The notes beneath the pieces are model-generated. The model did not search any database, was not told the DNA's origin, and saw only the letters and a program-made list of their open reading frames with translations. The position numbers and the translations under genes were made by a program. Source: Scyliorhinus canicula (lineage: Eukaryota). Taken from it: a stretch of DNA of 64,000 bases. Positions within the stretch are counted from its first letter, which is position 1. Every line of letters begins with the position of its first letter. Of the stretch, positions 1 to 9,954 are shown one piece after another. The stretch lies in assembly GCF_902713615.1 (NCBI RefSeq), contig NC_052172.1, positions 372,001 to 436,000 of the forward strand. The letters are read 5' to 3'.

Positions 1-8
1 TAGCCATG

Positions 9-195
9 ATGTGGAGATGCCGGCGTTGGACTGGGGTGAGCACAGTAAGAAGTCTTACAAAACCAGGTTAAAGTCCAACAGGTTTGTTTCAAACACGAGC
101 TTTCGGAGCACCTGAAGAAGGAGCCGTGCTCCGAAAGCTCGTGTTTGAAACAAACCTGTTGGACTTTAACCTGGTGTTGTAAGACTTCTTACTGT
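9..195. mobile_element. Non-autonomous Penelope-derived hairpin element
   Basis: 70-bp inverted arms (42-111 and 126-195, one mismatch); near-identical to the terminal repeat of the Penelope-like element at 8739. Confidence 0.8.
109..143 (+). ncRNA. Minimal type I hammerhead ribozyme motif
   Basis: CAC-CUGAAGA-A-GGAGC/GCUCC-GAAA-GCUC^GUG: intact core boxes, stem II, palindromic AGCU stem III region, CAC/GUG stem I. Confidence 0.7.
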
Positions 196-288
196 ATCTG
201 TGATAGATAACACATATTTAACTGCTTACTGCTCTGTGACTGGAATGTATGTGAGTGAGAGTGATTGAGTGCACGTGAGAGTTTGTGA

Positions 289-319
<31 letters not shown>

Positions 320-2460
320 TCTGTGAGTGTGTGAGAGAGAGTCTGTGAGTGTGTGAGAGAGAGTCTGTGAGTGTGTGAGAGAGTCTGTGAGTGTGTGAGA
401 GAGTCTGTGAGTGTGTGAGAGAGTCTGTGAGTGTGTGAGAGAGTCTGAGAGTGTGTCAGAGAGAGAGAGTCTGTGATTGTGTGAGAGAGTCTGAGTGTGT
501 GAGAGAGAGTCTGTGAGTGTGTGAGAGGGAGTTTGTGAGTGTGTGAGAGAGTCTGTGAGTGTGTCAGAGAGAGAGAGTCTGTGAGTGTGTCAGAGAGAGA
601 GAGTCTGTGAGTGTGTGAGAGAGTCTGTGAGTGTGTGTGAGAGAGAGAGTCTGTGTGTCAGAGAGAGAGAGTCTGTGAATGTGTCAGAGAGAGAGAGTCT
701 GTGAGTGTGTCAGAGAGAGAGAGTCTGTGAGTGTGTCAGAGAGAGAGAGTCTGTGATTGTGTGAGAGAGTCTGTGAGTGTGTGAGAGAGAGTCTGTGAGT
801 GTGTATGAGAGAGGGAACATCTGTGTGTGAGAAAGAGTGTGTGTGTGACAGTGTGCGAGTGTGTGCTTTTCTGTGATATATAACAAATATTTTACAGCTT
901 ACTGCTCAGTTAATGGTGTGTATGTGTGGGAGAGTGTGGGAGTGAGATAGTGTGTGTGAGAGGGAGGGAGTGTGAGTGAGATTTTTGACCTCCCTCTCTC
1001 TATCATATGGACACACATTTTACAGCATACTGCTCAGTTAATGGTGTGTGTGAGTGTCAGTGTGTGTGAGAGAGATTGAGTGTAAGTTTTATCCTCACTG
1101 TCTCTCTGTGACATAGTACACATATTTTACTGCTTGTGGGTCAATTGCTGGTGTGAGAGAGTATGTGTGAGAGAATGTATGAATGTGTGAGAGGTGTGTG
1201 TGTCAGAGAAAGTGAGTGAGTGAGTGCATGTGTGTGAGGGAGAGTCTGTGAGTATGTGTGAGGGATGGTGAGTGTGTGTGGGAGCAATAGGGTGAAAAGT
1301 GGATGTGCTGCTGATGGGCAGCAGGGTGGAACAGCGCCAGAGACCCAGGTTTGATTCCGACCTCAGGCGACAGTCTGTGCGGAGTTTGTACATTCTTCCC
1401 GTGTCTGTTAGGGTTTCCTCCGGGTGCTCCAGTTTCCTCCCACAGTCCAAAAAATGGTGGAATTGATATGCTCAACTATCCCTTGGTGGGGTTACAAGGA
1501 GAAGGTGGGAGATTGGTCTTGGGTAGCATGCTCATTCAAAAGGTCAATGCAGACTCGATGGGTTGAATGGCCTCCTTCTGCACTGTAGGGTTTCTATGAG
1601 AGAGTGTGTGAGAGAGAGTGTGTGTCTGTGTGTTTGCGCGTGCTTTACCCTCACTATTTCTCTGCGATATATAACAAATATTTTACTGCTTACTTCTCAG
1701 TGAAATGTGAGACAGTGTTTGAGAGACGGCGTGAGTATGTGTTTTACCCTCACTGTCTCTCTATGATGTATAACACATTTTACAGCTTACTGCTCAGTTA
1801 CTGCTGTGTGACTGTCTGAGTGAGAGAGTGCGAGTGAGAGAGTGAGTGCATGTTTTACCCTCACTGTATCTCTGTGGTATATCTACCATATTTAATTGAT
1901 TACTGCTCAGTGACTGGTGTGTGTGTGAGAGAGGGAGAGTGTGTGTGTGTGAGAGAGTGTGAGTGAGTGAGTATTAACCTCACAGTCTCTCTCTGATACA
2001 TAATTAATATATTATTGATCAGTTATTGATTTGTGAGTATGTGTGGGAGAGACAGTGCTTGGGTGTCTGTGAGAGGGTGTATATGAGACAGAGTGTGAGT
2101 GAGTGTGTATAAACCTCACTGTTACTCTGTGCTATATAGGACATATATTTTACTGCTCAATGCTCAGTTATTGCTGTGAGAGTGAGTGTGTTTCACCCTC
2201 AGACTTTGATATAAAATTCATATTTAGTGCTTACTACTAAGTTACTAAGCGCTTACTAAGAGTGAGCATGTGCATGAGAAAATGTGAGTGTATGTTTTAC
2301 CCTCACTGTCTCTCTGTGATAGATAATGTATATTGACTGCGTACTGTGAGAGAGAATGTGTGAGTCTGTTTTACCTTCACTGTCTGTATATGATATATGT
2401 CATATTTTACTGCCTCCTGTGCAGTTGTTGGTGTCTGAATGTGTGAGAGTGTGTTTTCCA
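196..2460. repeat. Degenerate satellite: ~70-bp core with (GT/GA)n spacers; includes compound microsatellite at ~285-830
   Basis: About 12 copies of TTTTACCCTCACTGTCTCTCTGTGATATA...CATATTTTACTGCTTACTGCTCAGTT; GAGAGTCTGTGAGTGTGT-type units at 285-830. Confidence 0.8.
1316..1598 (+). mobile_element. HE1/V-domain tRNA-derived SINE (older copy)
   Basis: GGGCAGCA head; GGGTTTCCTCCGGGTGCTCCAGTTTCCTCCCACAGTCCAAA core; CR1-like tail. Confidence 0.8.
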
Positions 2461-2940
2461 CTGTAGCGGTCTGTCTCTGTTTTGGGTCAAGTGTTATGAA
2501 AAAAATAATTTCATTCTGTAACTCTCTGTCTCTGTTCTGTATGCTTGCATTTGTAGCTCTCTATCCCGGTTATGGGATTCTGCATTTAATCTCGATCTAT
2601 TCACCTCTCTGATATGTGATTTTATTGTGTTTTCTGTACTTGTAAATATCTGTTTTGTGAGTTAATGGTGAACATTCTGTTCAGTCTTGATCTTCCATTA
2701 TTACTTTTAGTGACAACCTAGAAATGTTAAATGATCTATTTCCATGTCTGTTTCATGAAAATGACACTGTACTATTATATCTGAGATTGTGAGAGATATT
2801 TGGATTGGAATTTAATATTTTGTTTTGGGAGGTGTTTTGGTAGAAGTTTATGATTAATTCGGCACTTTTCAATCAGCTGTACTATCCGACCTGTTACGTG
2901 TACCAAAGGTTCACAATTTGTGAGATGAAAGGATGGCCTT

Positions 2941-4408
2941 ACATAGAACATAGAACACTACAGCGCAGTACGGGCCCTTCGGCCCTCGATGTTGCGCCGA
3001 CCTGTGAAACCATCTGAAGCCGATCTGACCTACACTATTCCATTTTCATCCATATGTCTATCCAGTGACCACTTAAATGCCCTTAAAGTTGGCGAGTCTG
3101 CTACTGTTGCAGGCAGGGCGTTCCACACCCCTACTACTCTCTGAGTAAACAAACTGCCTCTGACATCTGTCCTATATCTACTATATCTACTACCCCTCAA
3201 TTTAAAGCTATGTCCCCTCGTGTTGGTCATCACTATCTGAGGAAAAAGACTCTCACTGTCCACCCTATCTAACCCTCTGACTATCTTATATGTCTCTATT
3301 AAGTCACCTCTCAGCCTTCTCCTCTCTAACGAAAACAACCTCAATTCCCTGAGCCTTTCCTCGTAAGACCTTCCCTCCATACCAGGCAACATCCTAGTAA
3401 ATCTCCTCTGAACCCTTTCCAAAGCTTCCACATCCTTCCTATAATGTGGTGACCAGAACTGCACGCAGTACTCCAGGTGCGGCCACACCAGAGTTATGTA
3501 CAGCTGCAGCATGACATTGTGGTTCCGAAACTCAATCCCCCTACTTATAAAGGCTAGCACACCATATGCCTTCTTAACAGCCCTATTAACCTGGGTGGCA
3601 ACTTTCAGGGATTTATGTACCTGGATGCCGAGATCTCTCTGTTCATCTACACTACCAAGAATCTTGCCATTAGCCCAGTACTCTGCATTCCTGTTACTCC
3701 TTCCAAAGTGAACCACCTCACACTTTTCCGCATTAAACTCCATCTGCCACCTCTCAGCCCAGCTCTGCAGCTTATCTATGTCCCTCTGTATCCTATAACA
3801 TCCTTCAGCACTATCCACAACTCCACCGACCTTCGTGTCATCTGCAAATTTACTAACCCATCCTTCTACACCCTCTTCCAGGTCATTTATAAAAATGACA
3901 AACAGCAGTGGCCCCAAAACAGATCCTTGCGGTACACCACTAGTAACTGAACTCCAGGATGAACATTTGCCATCAACCACCACCCTCTGTCTTCTTTCAG
4001 CTAGCCAATTACTGATCCAAACCGCTAAATCACCTTCAATTCCATACTTCCTTATTTTCTGCAATAGCCTACCGTGGGGAACCTTATCAAACGCCTTACT
4101 GAAATCCATATACACCACATCAACAGCTTTACCCTGATCCACCTGTTTGGTCACCTTCTCAAAAAACTCAATAAGGTTTGTGAGGCATGACCTACCCTTC
4201 ACAAAACCGTGTTGAGTATCGCTAATCAACTTGTTCTTTTCAAGATGATTATAAACCCTATCTCTTATAACCTTTTTCCAACATTTTACCCACAACTGAA
4301 GTAAGGCTCACAGGTCTATAATTACCAGGGTTGTCTCTACTCCCCTTCTTGAACCAGGGGACAACATTTGCTATCCTCCAGTCTTCCGGCACTATTCCTG
4401 TCGACAAT
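2941..4408 (-). mobile_element. 5'-truncated CR1 LINE (RT ORF 3030-4295)
   Basis: [41 protein letters not shown] motifs; (TTCTATG)n tail. Confidence 0.93.
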
Positions 4409-4864
4409 CTGGTAATTGTCCTTTTGTAGAACTATTTAAATGTATAATTTTTCTGTTAATGCCATATTCAAGTGCTTTGCTTCTGATATATTATAAATGA
4501 AGAAAGTTACAAAATAGTGCATATGGATCCTTGCACATTGATTGCTGAATCTATAGCCTAATTAATACTATACTGATTACTTAACAGATGAAACACTGTT
4601 ATCAAAAGTTGATCCAACATTCCATGAGAGAGTAGGGGTGAATTGTGGAAAATTATCCCGCCTGTCCTCTCATGTATCTGTAAATAATATTTACATTTTC
4701 TCCAGAGGTCCAGATTTACTTGAATTTCTTCAATTGGATAATGAGATTGGACATGTTTATCTGGGAGTTGAGCTCAATGTAAGTGTGACTGCTTCTGTTC
4801 CCTGTGACGGTGGAGCTGATGTTGTGTCTGTGTCTCTGCAATGTTGGATTAATATTGTACTTAC

Positions 4865-5611
4865 TGTCAGTTAGAAGGAGACGGCGGCACATTCATGTTG
4901 CTGAGGAATCATCATCTTGGAACTCATCTCTTCATCTGTGGAACTAGGGGGAATAAAACATATCTCTTGTAAATCAGGGTCAGATGAGGCCAATGATAGA
5001 TCAATCAATTCTTTCAATTAATAATCAGTAAAAATAGAAAATACTGTGCAAATCCTGCCCCAGAATCAGACAATAAGCCAGGCCCAGAAAGAGCTCTCCC
5101 TTCCCCCCGCTCACTCCAAGTCCCGGAACAAGATGGGGCTCCCGCCTCTTGCAAACAGCCCCCGATTCTCCCTGAACTCCCCCCGAGTCAGTAATGATCT
5201 CTGAGCCTCTTTGCTCACACTCCCAAATGGATGGGCTGCTGCAATGAGAACGCGGTTTCCTCGCTGGAGGGGCTGCGCATGCGCTCTTACTCAGTGACGA
5301 CTAGCAGGGGGCGGGGCTAAACCGGACATGCGCAGATCCCCGCAGCAATTCCGCATTGAGAATCAATGGGAATATTCCCCATTTCACTGTCATCACATTT
5401 GGAGCAAAACCTCCGATAGAGCCCGTGTTGGGGGGGACTGTGTGTGTGTGGGTGCAAGTGGCCCTGCGCCCCAGGGCTCAACCAATCACCTTTGTAGCTG
5501 TGTGTTTGTCCCAATGAGATATTCAATTTGCAGCCATTGCCTGCAGCTTGTTTGTTATTACACTGCCATTCAGCCCCTCAAACTCACACTTTCTGCAAAC
5601 TAACATTTCAC
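4865..5611 (-). other. Putative promoter plus two 5' exons of an unidentified transcript (copy 1)
   Basis: NRF1-like TGCGCATGCGC 5274, TGACG, GC box, CATGCGCA; donor GTGAG after 5115; 71-nt exon 4865-4935 with CAG acceptor and GTAAGTA donor; conserved in copy 2. Confidence 0.5.
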
Positions 5612-5807
5612 CAACTGGCTACATTTTTCACAGAAGCATACAATTTATTTTCAAAAATATACATCATTTCTAAAATCCCTTGAAACAAACATTGTCAAAC
5701 ATTTCAAATTGTCATCACAATAATATCGTATCGTACAATAATATTTACATTTTCTCCAGAGGTCCAGATTTACTTGAATTGAATAATTGGATAATGAGGA
5801 CATTACA

Positions 5808-7297
5808 CACCATAAGACCATAAGACATAGAAGTGGAAGTAAGGACATTCGGCCCATCGAGTCCACTCCGCCATTCAATCATGGCTGATGGGCATTTCAA
5901 CTCCACCTACCAGCATTCTCCCCGTAGCCCTTAATTCCTCGCGACATCAAGAATTTATCTATCTCTGCCTTGAAGCCATTTAGCGTCCCGGCCTCCACTG
6001 CACTCCGCGGCAATGAATTCCACAGGCCCACCACTCTCTGGCTGAAGAAATGTCTCCGCATTTCTGTTCTGAATTTACCCCCTCTAATTCTAAGGCTGTG
6101 CCCACGGGTCCTCGTCTCCTCGCCTAACGGAAACAGTTTCTTTGCGTCCACCCTTTCTAAGCCATGTATTATCTTGTAAGTTTCTATTAGATCTCTCCTT
6201 AACCTTCTAAACTCCAATGAATACAATCCCAGGATCCTCAGCCGTTCATCATATGTTAGACCCGCCATTCCAGGGATCATCCGTGTGAATCTCCGCTGGA
6301 CACGCTCCAGTGCCAGTATGTCCTTCCTGAGATGTGGGGCCCAAAACTGGACACAGTACTCCAAATGGGGCCTAACCAGAGCCTTATAAAGGCTCAGTAG
6401 CACATCGCTGCTTTTATATTCCAACCCTCTTGAGATAAATGACAACATTGCATTCGCTTTCTTAATCACAGAATCAACCTGCATGTTTACCTTTAGGGTA
6501 TCCTCGACTAGCACTCCCAGATCCCTTTGTACTTTGGCATTATGAATTTTCTCACCGTTTAGAAAGTAGTCTATGCTTGGATTCTTTTTTCCAAAGTGCA
6601 AGACCTCACATTTTCTCACGTTGAATTGCATCAGCCATTTCCTGCACCACTCTCCCAAACTGTCTAGATCCTTCTGCAGCCTCCCCACTTCCTCAGCACT
6701 ACCTGCCTGACCACCTAACTTCGTATCATCGGCAAACTTCGCTAGAATGCCCCCAGTCCCTTCATCCAGATCATTAATATATATGGTGAACAGCTGCGGC
6801 CCCAACACTGAACCCTGTGGGACACCGCTGGTCACCGGCTGCCATTCCGAAAAAGAACCTTTTATCCCAACTCTCTGCCTTCTGTCAGACAGCTAATCCT
6901 CAACCCATGCCAGTAGCTCACCTCGAACACCATGGGCCCTCACCTTACTCAGCAGCCTCCTGTGTGGCACCTTATCAAAGGCCTTTTGGAAATCCAGATA
7001 GACCACGTCCACTGGGTTTCCCTGGTCTAACCTACTTGTCACCTCCTCAAAGAATTCTAACAGGTTTGTCAGGCACGACCTCCCCTTACTAAATCCATGT
7101 TGACTTGTTCTAATCCGACCCTGCTCTTCCAAGAATTTAGAAATCTCATCCTTAACGATCGATTCTAGAATTTTACAAACAACCGAGGTTAGGCTAATTG
7201 GCCTATAATTTTCCATCTTTTGTCTTGATCCTTTCTTGAACAAGGGGGTTACAACAGCGATCTTCCAATCGTCCGGGACTTTCCCTGACTCCAGTGA
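5808..7297 (-). mobile_element. 5'-truncated CR1 LINE (second family)
   Basis: RT ORFs 5897-6835 and 6893-7300 split by a disruption; (TCTTATGG)n tail. Confidence 0.92.
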
Positions 7298-7649
7298 TAT
7301 TCCAGTAATATTCACATTACTATTCTTCTCCAAATATTTACATTGGTCATGTTCCACCCTGTGAAGCTTCAATAATTTTAAACATTCAGTGTTAATCACA
7401 CAGGCCGAGGGGGTTTACCTGGTTACCAGCCCCTCTTTAGTATTAATCATACAGACCGGGGAATTTACACAGTTACCAGCCCCTCTTTAGTGTTTATCAC
7501 ACAGACCGGAAGGTTTTACTCAGGTTACCAGCCGCTCTTTAATCTCAACCACACAGATCTGAGGGTTTTACAGTTAGCAGCCACTCTTTCATGTTAATCA
7601 CACAGACCGGGTTTGTTTACACAGTTACCAGCCCCTCTTTAGTGTTAAT

Positions 7650-8100
7650 CATAGAAACCAGAAGGCACAGGAGCTGAATTAGGCCACACGGCCCATCGAG
7701 TCTGCTCCACCATTCAATCATGGCTAATATTTTCTCATTCCCATTCTCCAGCCTTCTACCCATTACCCCTGAGCCCCTTATTAATCAAGAACCTAGTTAT
7801 CTTGGTCTTAAAGACACTCAGTGATTTGGCCTCCACAGATTCACCACCCTCTGGCTGAAGAGATTCCTCCTCCTCATCTATGTTTTAAATTGATAGTCTG
7901 AGATGGTGTCCTCTGGTTCTAGTTTTTCCTACAAGTGGAAACACCCTCTCCATGTCCTCTCTATCCAGGCCTCGCAGCATCCTGTAAGTTTCAAAAAGAT
8001 CCCCCCTCGTCCTTCTAAACTCAAACGAGTATAGACCCAGAGTTCCCAAACGTTCTTCGTACAAGTTCTTCATTCCAGGGATCATTCTTGTGAACCACCT
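7650..8100 (-). mobile_element. CR1 3' fragment
   Basis: RMIPGMK..YEERLGTLGLYSFEFRR; CR1-type 3' end. Confidence 0.8.
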
Positions 8101-8143
8101 CGGGGCGGGGACAAAGTTACCAGCCCCTCTTTAGTGTGAAGCA

Positions 8144-8325
8144 GGGGCTGCTTTAGCACAGGTCTAAAGAACTGGCTTTTAAAGCAGACCAAGGCAGGCC
8201 AGCAGCATGGTTCAATTCCCGTACCAGCCTTCCCGAACAGGCGCTGGAATGTGGTGACTGGAGCTATTCACAGTGACTTCATTTGAAGCCGACTTGTGAC
8301 GTTAAGCGATTTTCATTTTCATTCA
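8144..8325 (+). mobile_element. Short tRNA-derived SINE with (TTTCA)n tail
   Basis: GGGGCTG-TTTAGC head, GGCTTTTAA anticodon-like loop, B-box-like GGTTCAATTCC; same family at 17151, 23999, 32207 and 56691. Confidence 0.8.
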
Positions 8326-8348
8326 TCACGCAGACCGGTATGTTTAAC

Positions 8349-8632
8349 ATGGAACATACAGTGCGGAAGGAGGCCAATTGGCCCACAGAGTCTGCATCGA
8401 CACGCTTAAGCCTTCACTTCAAACTTATCCCCTTAACCCAATTACCTCTCCCAAAACGTTTTAAGCACTAGGGGCAATTGAGCATGGCCAAACCACCTAC
8501 GTCGCACGTCTTTGGACTTTGGGAGGAAACCAGAACACCCGGAGGAAACCCACGCAGACACGGGGAGAATCTGCAGACTCTGCACAGACAGTGACCCAAC
8601 GGGGAATCGAACCTGAAACCCTGGCGCTGTGC
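8349..8632 (-). mobile_element. HE1/V-type SINE
   Basis: Reverse V-domain (GGGAGGAAACCAGAACACCCGGAGGAAACCC). Confidence 0.75.
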
Positions 8633-8738
8633 CTCAGGGTTTTACTCAATTACCAGCCCCTCTTTAGTGTTAATCACTCAGACCTGGGGTGGGGGGGGGT
8701 TCACATAATTACCAGCCCCTCTTTTGTGTTAATCACAC

Positions 8739-9848
8739 ATGTGGAGATGCCGTCATTGGACTGGGGTGAGCACAGTAAGAAGTCTTATAACACCAGGTTA
8801 AAGTCCAACAGGTTTGTTTCAAACACAAGCTTTCGGAGCACTGCTCCTTCCTAAGGTGAATGGAGAGGTATGTTCCAGAAACATTTATCTAGACAAAGTC
8901 AGAGATGCTGGACAATGCTTGGAATGCGAGCATTTGCAGGTAATCAAATCATTACAGATCCAGAAATAGGGGGTGAAAGGCGTGTGAATTGTCTCAAGCC
9001 AGGAAAGCTGGTAGGATTTTGCAAGTCCAGGCCAGATGGTGGGGGGTGAATGTAATGCGACATGAATCCCAGATCCCGGTTGAGGCCGCACTCATGCGTG
9101 CGGAACTTAGCTATAAGTTTTTGCTCGGCAATTCTACGTTGTCGCGAGTCCTGAAGACCGCCTTGGAGAATGCTTACCCGGAGATCAGAGGCTGAATGCC
9201 CTTGACTGCTGAAGTGTTCCCTGACTGGAAGGGAACATTCCTGCCTGGTGATTGTCGCACGTTGCCCGTTCATTCATTGTCATAGTGTCCGCATGGTCTC
9301 GCCAATGTACCACGCTTCGGGACATCCTTTCCTGCAGCGTATGAGGTAGATGACACTGGTTGAGTCGCACGAGTATGTGCCGCGTACCTGGTGGGTGGTG
9401 TGACCACGTGTAATGGTGCTATCCATGTCGATGATCTGGCATGTCTTGCAAAGATTGCCCTGGCAGGGTTGTGTGGTGTCGTGGTCGCTGTTCGGAAGGC
9501 TGGGTAATTTGCTGCAAACAATGGTTTGTTTGAGGTTGTGTGGTTGTTTGAAGGCAAGTAGTGGGTGTGTGGAGATGACCTTGGCAAGATGTTCATCTTC
9601 ATTGATGATGTGTTGAAGGCTGCGAAGAAGATGTCGTTGTTTCTCCGCCCCAGGAAAGTACTGGACGATGAAGGGTACTCTGTCAGTTGTGTCCCGTGTT
9701 TGTCTTCTGAGGAGGTCGGTGCGTTTATTTCCTGTGGCGCGTTGGAACTGTCGATCGATGAGTCGAGCGCCATATCCCGTTCATACCTCTCCATTCACCT
9801 GAGGAAGGAGCAGTGCTCCAAAAGCTCGTGTTTGAAACAAACCTGTTG
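8739..9848 (-). mobile_element. 5'-truncated Penelope-like element (GIY-YIG endonuclease end) with inverted terminal repeats
   Basis: Frameshifted ORF with PC..CKTC linker, VIYLIRC..WYIGET and EHF...GLN motifs; 67-bp inverted repeat 8806-8872 / 9782-9848; possible TSD TAATCACAC. Confidence 0.88.
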
Positions 9849-9954
9849 TACGCTAATCACACAGACCGGGGTTTTTTTACACAGTTACCAGCGCCTCTTT
9901 AGTGTTAATTACACAGACCAGGGGTTTTACCCACTTACCAGCCCCTCTGTGTAC

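Larger units (their letters stand above)
7389..9948. repeat. ~50-bp minisatellite array fragmented by insertions
   Basis: Unit AGTGTTAATCACACAGACCGGGG-TTTACACAGTTACCAGCCCCTCTTT at 7389-7650, 8115, 8325, 8636-8738 and 9854-9948. Confidence 0.85.

Noticed and set aside
196-2460. Repeat-spacer pattern resembling a CRISPR array
   Set aside because: Cores are degenerate, spacers are microsatellite of very variable length, the context is vertebrate and there are no cas genes
4866-4917. Box C/D snoRNA (ATGATGA...CTGA on the minus strand)
   Set aside because: Only ~50 nt, no terminal stem, and it lies in a predicted exon rather than an intron
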